From Geosiphon pyriformis uo1 (Eukaryota; Fungi; Glomeromycota): DNA of 47,036 nt. Location of the stretch: contig JAAOMT010000008.1 in assembly GCA_016748015.1 (NCBI GenBank), forward strand, positions 61,129 to 108,164, read 5' to 3'. Numbering within the stretch: position 1 is the stretch's first letter; each line of letters begins with the position of its first letter. A program made the position numbers and the translations under genes. The notes below the pieces were generated by a model. That model saw nothing but the letters and a program-made list of their open reading frames with translations, was not told where the DNA came from and searched no databases. Below, piece after piece: positions 36,013 to 47,036 of the stretch.

Positions 36013-37939
36013 TTATTAAGATGTAAAAAGAGCCAAAGAACCCAAACCAGAACACAAATAATCTAATCTTTCTAATACTAAACTAATTGAGACCTTTAAA
36101 GCTACTATTTTTGATTATAAACCATCCACCTTAGACATCAGAATCTTAGAACTATTTGAGCTAAGGTTAAAGACTATATTACTAGCAGCCAAAAAAAGAG
36201 GAGCAAACAGTGTTAACACACTATTAAAAGTTATATTCACATTCAAATGCAATACCAAAAGTGTAAGAATGGCTGGAAAGGAAGCACAAAAAGGGAGTAC
36301 TAACAGTACCAGTTCCACAGAAATTAACTTTTTCAAAATACTGAAAACTTGATCTACCAAGAGCTCTAAGGAGTGTTCCAAAGAGGCCAGACAAACACCT
36401 AAAGATAAGTTACCAGCTGAAACCAGAGAGAGATCACTATTCAAACTCAAGACACCAGAGAAAGGGGGACTAAAACCAGAAATAGGCCGAAAACTATTAG
36501 AACAACCAGCAAGTGAGACTACTTGGGCCCAAGATTTGCCACCAAAGACAGCAGGGCAAGATATTGGAACACTTTTTTTCTTATACAACTTTGCTAACTA
36601 AAGACAATGTTCATTAGAAGCAACCCTTTTAAATGGTCTTGAAAGCTTAGAAGGAGATATAACTAGTACATCACATTCCAAAGCAAAATGACCAAATTTC
36701 CCACATTTTTTACACCAAGCCAGATTCATTTTTGTCCAAGAAAATTTAATACCACCAATAATCAGCTCCATGCAAAAAGCAGACTCCAATGCCTTATCAG
36801 ATTTGAAACAAACAACAGTACAGTAGGTTCTGTTGCCAGTTTTTAGTGAACAATTAATGAAGTAAGTTTTTCCACCAGTTCTTTCTAAAAGATTACCCAA
36901 ATTATGAGCTGTAGTTCCTATTGGCAATGTAAACAACAGTGCCCTGAACTGATCTCTAGACACCAGATTTCCCAATTATCCACAGCCTTGGCCACATGCA
37001 TTGAATTTTTCCCAATCAGGAATAACTATCTTGAGACCAACAAATTAGCTTGATCTAATTCGGCAAATTCCACTACAGCCTTCTGTTATAATCTAATTAG
37101 TTGAATTTTGATTGATATAATTTCTCTAAATTTAGCAACTGCAATGACAATTATCTTCTTTGGCATATTCATGAGAATTTCTTTTATTATTATGGCCTGA
37201 TCTGAATAAATTCCTTGTTTTTTGAGATTACTGTTTACGTTGATCCCTTTTTTTCTGGCCAATAATGTGGCTATCTCCATGTTTTCTTCAAAAGTAAAGG
37301 TAGAACAGATAATTTTTTCAAATTTTGAGAGAGTAGTGGCCTCTTCAAAACCATTGACTGATGAAAAATTTTTTCTGATGAATTAAGTCTTTGCTGTTAC
37401 TGATTTTCCTTCTACAGCACTAAGATTAATATCAAGAACAGAAGACTTTCTAATGAATATTTTAACTTAAGATTTGACAATTTTTGGGTCAACCCATTTT
37501 TTTTCAAGAAAAATTTTAAGAGAGGGAAGGAAGGACCCATCATTTTCTTCCATGTTATAATCAATTAAGCCAAGAAGGAAGCCACAAACCAGATTAATAA
37601 TTACTTTTTTAGCTTTAGAGATGTTTGTTGCTGAACCAAAAAAAAACTATTGTCAACACCAAAAGAAATATTATCATCCCTATTATTGCCAAATATACTG
37701 TTTATATCTGAATATATACTATAACTAGGATCAGGTTTGACTAAAAAGATATCTTTTTTATCTCCAGAATGCTTGATATTACCAACAGAAACTCTCTTTT
37801 TCTGGAAGAAAAAACTCTCAACAGGACCATGAAGAACCCCTATGGGCATTTTCTTCTTAGACATAACACTATTTGAAACAGCAGTCAGATTTACCACAAA
37901 AAGATTATTTGATTGAGAAATGTTTGCAAGAGATAGCAA
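36013..37939 (-). pseudogene. LINE-b ORF1 (gag-like nucleic-acid-binding protein with CCHC knuckle and coiled coil)
   Basis: RALLFTLPIGTTAH (RRM-like), CKKCGKFGHFALEC, KSWAQVV, LASLEHSLELL. Confidence 0.85.
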
Positions 37940-38619
37940 GAAAAAATAAAAACTTCTTTATTGAAAAAATACTTTTTGGGGTTTTTTGGAAGTAAGAGAA
38001 AAAGAAGTTTTTTTACATAAAAATTAAAAAATAATTAAAGTAGTAAATTAAAAATTAAAAGTTAGTAAGATTAAAAGATAATTTTTTTTAATATTAAAAC
38101 TACATATTAATATTTTTATAAAAAAACATATTGTAATATATTTTTTTAATATCTTAATTTGATATTTATTTTTATTATAAGCTGGTATTTATTGTTATTA
38201 TAAAATAGTGTTTGTTATTATATCTATTATTACTTTTTTAAAATTATTATTATGTTATATTAATTAAATAATTTATAACTTTATTAAAATTTTTAAATTA
38301 TTATATTGGTTTGAATTTTTAACAAATGTATAAAAAATATTATTTTTTATATTATTAAGAATTATTTGTATTATTAAGTTAAATATATAATTAAAGTATT
38401 AAAATTAAAGATATTTTGAGTTTTATTAAATGTTTTTCTCTTTTAATTTTTTTTTTATTTTTTTTATAAAAGTATTATTATTTGCAATATTATTTAAAAT
38501 AATAACAAAAAGTTGTTAAAAAAAATTGGTTTAATAACTAATAAAATAATAATAAAATTATATAAAAAAAAGATAAGTATAATTCTTTTTTAAACTGTTT
38601 TTTTAATTTTTTTGATTAA

Positions 38620-39038
38620 AAATTTGGCTTAAAACAATAATAAAAACTATTTAAGCTAATATTAAAAAAATGTGATTTTCAATAATTTAAATATTATAGT
38701 AATTTAAGTTTTAAATAATACTAATATTGAAAATTTAATTCTATAGCAATAATAAAAACTAACTTAAGTTAATATTAAAAAATATTATTTTTAATAATAT
38801 AAACACTATAATAATTCTAAGTTTTAAATAATATTAATATTAAAATTTGGTTTTAAAACAATAAAAAAAATATAGTTTTTAATAATATAAATACTATAAT
38901 AATTCTAAGTCTTAAATAATATTAATATTAAAAATTTGGTTTTAAAACAATAATAAAAACCAATTTAAATTAATATTAAAAACACAATTTTTAATAATAT
39001 TAGTATTATAATATTTTTAAGTTTTAAATAATATTAAT
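38620..39038. repeat. Tandem array of ~4 copies of a ~110-bp AT-rich unit
   Basis: aaatttggYttt/aaaacaataataaaaac...taagttttaaataataYtaata recurs at ~38620, 38731, 38843 (shortened) and 38932. Confidence 0.75.
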
Positions 39039-40196
39039 TTGCTATATAATATGCCGATTTTATTATTGATTATTAACTAATTCAAATTTATACAGAAGAT
39101 ATACATATGTATATTTAATATAATTTTATAATATTTTAATATTTATTTTATCATATTATTTACTTATTAAAACAAAATTAATTATTGTTATTATTATTAT
39201 TAATATAATAAATAATAATAAAAATAAAGATTTTGTTATTAAAAAATATTTAAAGATTTAATGAAAAAAAAAATTTGTATTTAATAATACTTAAATATAT
39301 TTATTATATTATAAGTATAAGTAAAATAAAAAAAATATTTTATAATAAAAATAGTAATTATTTTTAATTTTTGTTTATTCAAAGTATAAAATATTATAAT
39401 TTTATTTTTAATTATATTAATACAAATAAATTATAAAATAGCATTTAAATATTAAAATATTTTAATTAATTCAGAAATTTTTACTATAACAAATAATTAT
39501 TAACAGTTAATAAGCCAGATAACAATTATATTACAAAATTTTTTATTATTAATATTAATAATAATTATTACAAAAAATAAAATAATTTTCTAGTTAGATT
39601 AATAATTTAACTTATTAAATTATTTTGTTAATTAACTTGCAATTTTTTTAAATATTTTGTTTTTTTATGATATTTTTTATTATAATATATGCTTTTTAAT
39701 AGAAAGTTTTTAAATAATATTATAAAAATTTATTAGTACTTATAAATTTATAAAAAATAATTTATACATATTTAAAATTATATATTTATCTATTTTTTTT
39801 TGTTTATTTAAACTTATTAAAATAATTTTATAATTTATTCTAAAAACTATGTTTATTAAAAATATTAATATTTAAATTATTTAAGTTATCAAATTCTATT
39901 ATTTTAAATTTTAAATTTTTAATAACATTAAATAATACAATTAATAAGTTTATTTTAATAAGTTAAAAAATAAAGTTGTTTATATATATTTAATTTTATA
40001 TATATTTTTAATTAATTATAAATATTAAGCAAAATAATAATTAAAAAATAAATAATATAAAAAATATAATTTTTTAATTGTATTAAACTTAAACAAGTTT
40101 ATAAACTTTAAAAATTTGGTTTATTTTAAATTTAATTTATAATTTAAACTAAACTTAAATAATATTTAAAGTTTAATTTAGTTTAATTTAATCAAA

Positions 40197-43100
40197 TTTT
40201 TTTTTTTATTTATAAATAAATCTCAACTATTATTTAGTATAAAAAACCAAATTAAGAGATTCACATTATATACAATTTACACTTTTACTACATATAATCA
40301 GTTACTTAAACCAAATAAAATATTACAATATATTTATATAAATTGAAATCTTACTTTTTAAACCAAAAAAAAAGCACAAATTATGTCTATTAAAACTAAA
40401 TGTTAAAAACTTAATAACTTTTAATATACAAATCATATTATTTGAAAGCTTCTTTTTTATTTTATATAACAAATTAGAAACCAAATTGTTATTTCTAATT
40501 AGACTGGTTTTTTTATATTAACTTTATATTTAAATCTAAAAAGCCAAATTCTTAAATAATATAACTTTACCAAATATTTTACAAATTTCAAAACAGTTAA
40601 ATAACACTTTTTTATTTTTAAATATTAAAATAGCTTTTAAAACTTATTTTTTTAATACAAAACTCTTGTAAACTATTGTATACAAATTTATATTAAACAA
40701 ATACAAAGAAAAGTTTATAAAACAGTAAAGTAAAAAAAAATACAGATATTTAACAACAATTTTCAAAGTTTAAAAATTCAAAAAGTATTTTTTTATAAAC
40801 ATTAGCATTTTTAAAATAAACAAACACATAATTTAATAGTTTTATTTTATTACATAGCAAATACAAAATATCTAAATATGTTTTATTAAACAATTTTTTT
40901 TAATTATAATCAGCAGTCTTTTATATATAACTTTATTAAGTAAATATAAAAATTGGCCAATTTTTTATAAGTAAATTTAAACAATATATGTAAATTAAAG
41001 TATTATATTTATGCAGTTAAAAACCAGTTTATAATTTAAATTAGTAAACCAAAAATTGCATTCTAATTAAAGCCAGCTTTCTATTAAGCACATAAAATTA
41101 ATCTGTATAAATCATAAACAAAGTGATAAATATTGCTAAAAACAACTATATTTTTAACTTCAATAAAATATTTGTATATTTTACATAGCAAAAAAAGAGA
41201 AATTAAGTGATTTTATCTACTAACAAATTAATTCTGTTATTGTTTAGAATCTTAAAATAATTCTTAACTTTTAATTATCTAACCAAAAAACTTTTATTGT
41301 TTATTAAATTAGCAATATATATTTTTCTATTCAGTAAATTTTTCAAAAGTCCAGTATAATAATATTAAATTTTAAACCACAAGTATTAATAACTGTATAG
41401 TTATCTTAGTAAACAATTATTGTACAAAAGGCTAGAATATATTCTAAAAACAAAGTAATAATCTGCAATTTAGCTATTATAGAAAACAAAAACATGTGTA
41501 TTCTAATATTAATATTTTTATTTATGATCAAAAAATAAGCAGTAGCTTTACAAGTAATCTTAACAAAATTTAAATTCTTAAAAGATTTATTAATAAATAC
41601 TTTAATTATATTTAACCAAATTTTATGTAATTATTTATATATATTACAAAATATTTTGAAATTAAAAACATTTAAGCTTTGCAAATTTTTAATACAATTA
41701 AAACCAATTACTAAATAATTATTCTTACACAAAAACTTTAATGTCAAATTACACCAAGAAAGCATAAGTTTTTTTAAATTCAATTTTTTTTATCTATAAA
41801 ATATCTTTTAATTTATAATACAATCTTTTTTATCCAAAATTTTGTCATTAAACACAATTCCAAACTGTTTCAAAAAATAAACAGAATTATAATACAAAAA
41901 CTTCTTTAGAATGTTTAATATTAAATATTTATCAAAACTATAAAACATACTAAACAATCTATTATTCAAAAAATATTTATTATTTTAACAAAAAAATTAT
42001 TTACAAAATAAATGCACAACTTAACAAAATTTTGAAATAAATTTAATAAAGCCCACTTTATAATTTGTAAATCCAAAAACTAATGATCAAAAAAACATTA
42101 AAAAATGTTTATAGCATTAAAAAATACAATTATTAATGCCAATTTTACTTTAAATTACATTTGCTTAAAAGTTTTTAAATTATACAAAAAAAATTATGTA
42201 ATATTTTACTAAAAAAATCTTATAGCAAATTGGTTTTTAATATAAGTCTTATTTTGAATATAATATCTTATTTGTGAAACATACTCTTTAAAATAAAATT
42301 AACTATAAATAATAACTAACTATAGGCTACAATATAGCTAATATTAAATAAAAAAATTGTTTATCTGTAATTGTTTTTTGTAGTACTAAGTTGGCAAAAA
42401 ACTAAACATCAAAATAAATCTTAGCCAAATTTGGCTTAAACAGACTTTTAATTAACAAAAAATATCCAAGTATCTATGTAGTTTATTTTTTAAAAAAGCT
42501 GTCTTAATATTCTAATTAATAGAAATAACTACTGTTTTTTTATTATTAATTAAAACATTATTAATTTTAAAAAATTTACTAACAATATCCAAAATATATT
42601 GAATAAAAGCTTAACAAATTCTAACCCAAATTGTATTATTTATAAAGGCATCTATTACAATAAATAATATTTTTTTTTACGGTTTTTTATTTTGTTAGTC
42701 TTTACAATAAACTTGGTATTAATTTAATACTTATATAAATGTTTTTGTTTTTTGATTTTATATAAAAAAAAAAGATAAATAATTTTTTAAAGGAAAAAAG
42801 AATTTTACCTAAATTTAACTTATTATAAATTCTATAATTACATAAAAGCCCAAAGTTAATTATTATTTTATTTATTTTGTTTTTATATATATTACTAAAA
42901 GATTTTATGAACTAATTATATATTTTAATATATTGTAAATTAGTTTTTAAATAATATCAACCAATTAAGTTTTAAGTTTTATACATATTTTATAGAACCA
43001 ATTAAAGTTTTCTGGTTTTTTTCAAAATATTTTTAAATACTGATTTAATAATAATTACCAGAAACTAAGTTGATTTATTCTTTAAAACCAAAATATTATC

Positions 43101-46100
43101 TTTATACAGAACACCAAATTTGCTGTAGGTATTTAAAACTTGATCAAATAAAATTTTTCTAATTGTCTTAATTAGTACAATTAGCTATATATTTATTAAA
43201 ATGCTCTTCTAATTATAAGACTTAAAAATTATTGAAATCTATATTTTTTCTAATAAACTAGAATATTACTTAGAATTAAATAATAATTAAATAAGAATTC
43301 AACAGAATTTCAAAACTAAATTGTTATAATGCTTTTAAAACTTATTAAATATATTAAACAGATTGATGATTTTGCTATTAAACAAATTACCAATAACTAA
43401 AACCAAAATTTTTCATGTTGATTTTTATTATAATACCAGAAAAAAAATTATTATTTATATAATTTATAAGTATATATTGGTAAAATTACAGATTTGACAA
43501 TACTAAAAACAAAACTTTTTTTATATCTATTTTTTAATAATTCTATTAATTTTATTTATTACTTTATCAGAGTTCAAAACCAATTTTTTCTTAATTACAA
43601 AGTAATTTAAAATTATTTTATAAAAAAACTACTTTAAAATACTTTTTATTATGTATTTTTTATTAAAATAAAAAATGTTTATATATTTTTAACTGTCTTT
43701 AATTTATAATACTTGGATTTTCTATTTTTTTTTAATCAATAATAAATATTTAATAAGATTTTCCAATTTTATATTATTTTGAACCAACTTGCTAATTTCA
43801 GAAACTTTTTTATCATTAACAGTTAACTAAGTTCTAATAAAATAATTAAATTCAAGTTTGTTACTTAAAACTAAACATTTACAATTTTAACTATTAGTTA
43901 TTTTAACTTAAAAAACTTTTTATTTTTATAAATTTATTCAGTAATATTAAAAACATAGTAGAAAAACAGTTATCAAAATGTGTTTATTTGGGCTTGTTTA
44001 TATTTTTTATATTAAATTTCTAATAATTTTTATTAGTCTGCTTGCAAATACTATTTAAACAAATATTTAAAAGACTTTCTAAACTAATTAAGACTAAAAC
44101 TGTCTTATAATTAGTATTAAAAAGCCAAATATAAAGTTAATTTTATAATATATAATTGCAAATAAATAATTTTTATTTATTAAAACATAATTAATAAATT
44201 TTCAACTTTTTTAGAAATTTTTAAGTAAAAGTTTTGAACAATAAATATTCACTAAAAGAATTAACCAATTTTAAACTCAAACAAAACTTATAACTTACAC
44301 TTTTTTTAATCTATTTTTATTAAAATCTCTTTTAAAAACCATAAAAAAGCTGGAATTAACCATTTTAACAATAAAAAAGTTAATTTTTAACATTTAATTA
44401 AACTTAGTTTTAGCAAAAACACTAATATACAAACCCAATATTATGACTAAAAGCTTATTTCTAAACAAAAAATAAACTAAAATTACCTAATCCAATATTT
44501 TTTCTACTTTTAAAACATATTAAGCCAAAAAATTATTCATAATAACAGCCAAACTAGCATTAAAAAATTTTTATTTTGCTTGGCAAGAACATTTATTTTT
44601 CTAAAATTACAAATAACTATTTTCTAAATAAGACTAATTATTAATATATCAAAAAAAAATACATTTTAAACCAAACTAAATTATTAAATCTTGTTAGCAA
44701 ATTGATAATTAAGCTTAACAAATTTTTAACTGAATTTTTAAATTGATTATATTTGAAGATATTAAAAGACTCAGCTTTGTAATTTTATTATTAGTAAATA
44801 TATTTAAATCTCTTTTATTATTATATCATTTATTTGATTTTATAATAAAAAAATTATTAGCAATTAACATTTAAAATTAAACTAGAAAATTATTAACACA
44901 AATACATTATTATTAGCCAAAATTTAAAATATTAATAAGAATAAAATTATTTTTATAATTTTTATTATTAACTAGTATATATTATTATTTTAATTTATTA
45001 CTTATTATTTTATTAAATTATCTGAATTATTATTTAATTAATAATTTGATTTATACAAAATACAAATATAACCAAATCGTAATAATTAAATTATATAATA
45101 TACTAAACTATATAATATTTAGAATTTGTTGAAATATTTAATAATTCAATAAAATATTCAATAGTTTATTAAAATAATTTATAGTTTACATAAATAATAT
45201 GTAGTCTGATAAAATGTATTTTTAGTTTGCCAAAATATTAGAAAAAAAAGTGTTAAATTATAGAGTAGTATTATAATAAGTTATATTAAAAAAAGCTTTT
45301 TTCTTTAAGAAAATATATCTTTATCAATATTTTTTTAGTATTTTTTATTAGATATTTTAGTAAAAATTATTTTTTATATAAATTAATTCTAATAAAAACT
45401 TACTTTAAAAAAAAAACAATAAAAATTCTTAATTATTTTTGTTTTGAAATTAACTATTTTATACTAATATTTTAAAATTGATTAGCTACCAATTTTAATA
45501 AATTTTAAGTCTAAATTCAAAACAATTTTTTAACATATTTTCTTATATTTTTTATAGTTTATTTTTTATTTTTATTTTTTTTATATTATTGAATAGTTTA
45601 TAATTAAAATTTTCTGTAGAAGAATTGACTTTTACAGTAAAATAATTACACATATTTTTAAAAACTTACAGAAAAGATTTTTTTGTAAAAAAATTAACTT
45701 TTATTACAAAGTAACTATATAAATAATTGACATAAAATTGGTTATTTTATTATAAATTCAACTATATATATAATCTAAAGTATAGAAAAATACTTTAGAA
45801 AAGAAATTAGCTTATTAAAAATTTACTTACTTTTATTAACAGCAGAATAAGTAACAAAATAATATTAATAACATTAAAAAAAAATAAAAAAATCTTTAAT
45901 AACAGTATCTAATCTTTTAGCCAACTTATTAATCTGTTTTATAAAGCTGGCAAAACTGTTTTTAATTTTGTTAAATTATTTTTTCATTAAATTTATAATT
46001 ATCAAAGAAGATTTAACTTTGCTTAAAAAACTAAACTAAAAAAAACATTAGAAAATATTTGAAAAAAAAATTTGCTAATTACAAACATTTAAGTTTTGTT

Positions 46101-47036
46101 ATTAAAAACTATTAAACAAACAATAAAAGCAAACTTTCTTTTATAAATTTTAGCCAACTTAAACTAATCTAAAACCAAAAAAAAAGTTTTTTTTATTTTT
46201 AAGTATTAGTTTATTATTAGCTAATCTATAATTAAAAAAGATATGACTAAGCATACTACAAATTAAACAAAAAGCTAAAGATAAATACAACTAATAAAAA
46301 ATAATACTTTTTATAACAGAGATTATAGTTATAATTTTAACTAAATTCTTTTTAAAGTTAAAACAAACAATAACATACTTAATATAAGTATAATTAATTA
46401 GATTTTAATCAATTACATAGGTTTTTCTACCAATTAATTCAATAAAATCTCAAAAATTATAAGCATTTATTTTTACAAAAAGTATATAAAGCAAAATTTT
46501 AAACTTATCTTTAAAATTTTATAATTATTTATTAATATTGGTTTTTGTTATATAAACTATATTTTTTCCAATAAAGATAGATTATTTAGATATTAACAGA
46601 TTAGCTTAAATTTGATCATCTAATTTTCACTTTTTGTTACAGTTTTACTAATTGTATCTTAATTAACTTAATATTACCAAAATTAATAAGTGTAATTTAC
46701 ATAGTTTCTACAGATATTTCTACAGATATTTTTTTTATAATAATTGCTTGATTTATTTAATTGTTTACTAAATATTTAAGATTAGTATTTATTATAATAT
46801 TATAATTATTTGCTAAATTAGCCATAGTTAATATTGCTTTTTCAGAAGTAAAAAATATTTAAATAATTCTATCAAATTTTAAAGAAATAAAAACTCTTCC
46901 AAAATTATTTATATCAGAAAACATATTTTAATTATCTTTAATTTATTCTGAACTGACTTTTTAATGATAGCTAAAAAATTAATATCTAAAACAAATAATT
47001 TGCAAACCAAAATATAAACCAAAAGCTTGAGAAAAA
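40197..47036 (-). mobile_element. LINE-c: extremely decayed copy of the same LINE family, running off the window end
   Basis: T-tract at 40197-40210, then a UTR homologous to LINE-a. Colinear minus-strand relics: IWLFRFKYKVNIKK (~40530), YIYLIKVIYKRLL (~40930), KVKNYFKILNN (RNase H, ~41260), AFINNTIWV (RT FVDD, ~42640), LFRNKLLVIILGLY (APE, ~44450) and ORF1-like pieces after 45905. Confidence 0.8.
44908..45904 (+). mobile_element. Solo LTR-F, an old relative of the LTR-A LTR
   Basis: Colinear similarity to 2127-3088 (tattacttattatt, tagtttgccaaaat, ttttaaaattgattagcta, ttctgtagaagaattgacttttacag). Termini TATTATTAG...AATAACA; flanks ACAT/GTAT are a possible decayed TSD. Confidence 0.8.

Larger units (their letters stand above)
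27997..36016 (-). pseudogene. LINE-b ORF2: APE endonuclease, RT, RNase H and C-terminal zinc finger
   Basis: APE: CNIRG, VTETK, GGDFNE, IDFIL, SDH. RT: LPNGKAAG, RLIVLIE, AGTFVDDTIW. RNase H: IYVNGF (decayed YTDGS), AEIQ, FSDS, KVKGHSGVLGNE. ZnF: CVYCKEVNFSDH. Confidence 0.93.
27993..38000 (-). mobile_element. LINE-b: near full-length non-LTR retrotransposon lacking its 3' UTR and poly(A); interrupted by LTR-D
   Basis: ORF1 with CCHC followed by ORF2 APE-RT-RNaseH-ZnF on the minus strand. The 5' boundary is approximate (pyrimidine-rich leader 37940-38080). Confidence 0.92.

Noticed and set aside
38080-38620. Continuation of LTR-0 or another LTR after LINE-b
   Set aside because: Too decayed; no RNase H or integrase motifs or LTR termini could be recognised.

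Overview
This window is gene-free, AT-rich eukaryotic DNA made almost entirely of nested, transition-mutated retrotransposons. The protein remnants most resemble those I recognise from Glomeromycotina fungi (Geosiphon-like); that taxonomic call is unverified. On the minus strand are three copies of an APE-RT-RNaseH-ZnF LINE family: LINE-a (3' end, ~452-963), LINE-b (~27993-38000) and LINE-c (~40197 to the window end, almost erased). On the plus strand are six Ty3/gypsy-type LTR insertions. LTR-0 (964-~27992, 3'-truncated) contains full-length LTR-A (2127-11881) and LTR-B (13867-24683), and solo LTR-C sits inside the 3' LTR of B. Non-autonomous LTR-D (29796-33108) lies inside LINE-b, and solo LTR-F (44908-45904) lies inside LINE-c. 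The gypsy families share an unusual layout: GTG-led N-terminal domain, capsid, CCHC knuckle, protease, multi-CxxC domain, dUTPase, dUTPase-like spacer and RT, followed (where the 3' end survives, in A and B) by RNase H, integrase and an extra 3' ORF. They use a PBS matching an elongator tRNA-Met-like 3' end, flanked by its own antisense copies, and mostly make 4-bp TSDs. All ORFs are pseudogenised, chiefly by C>T/G>A transitions. No intact host gene, RNA gene or CRISPR array is supported.
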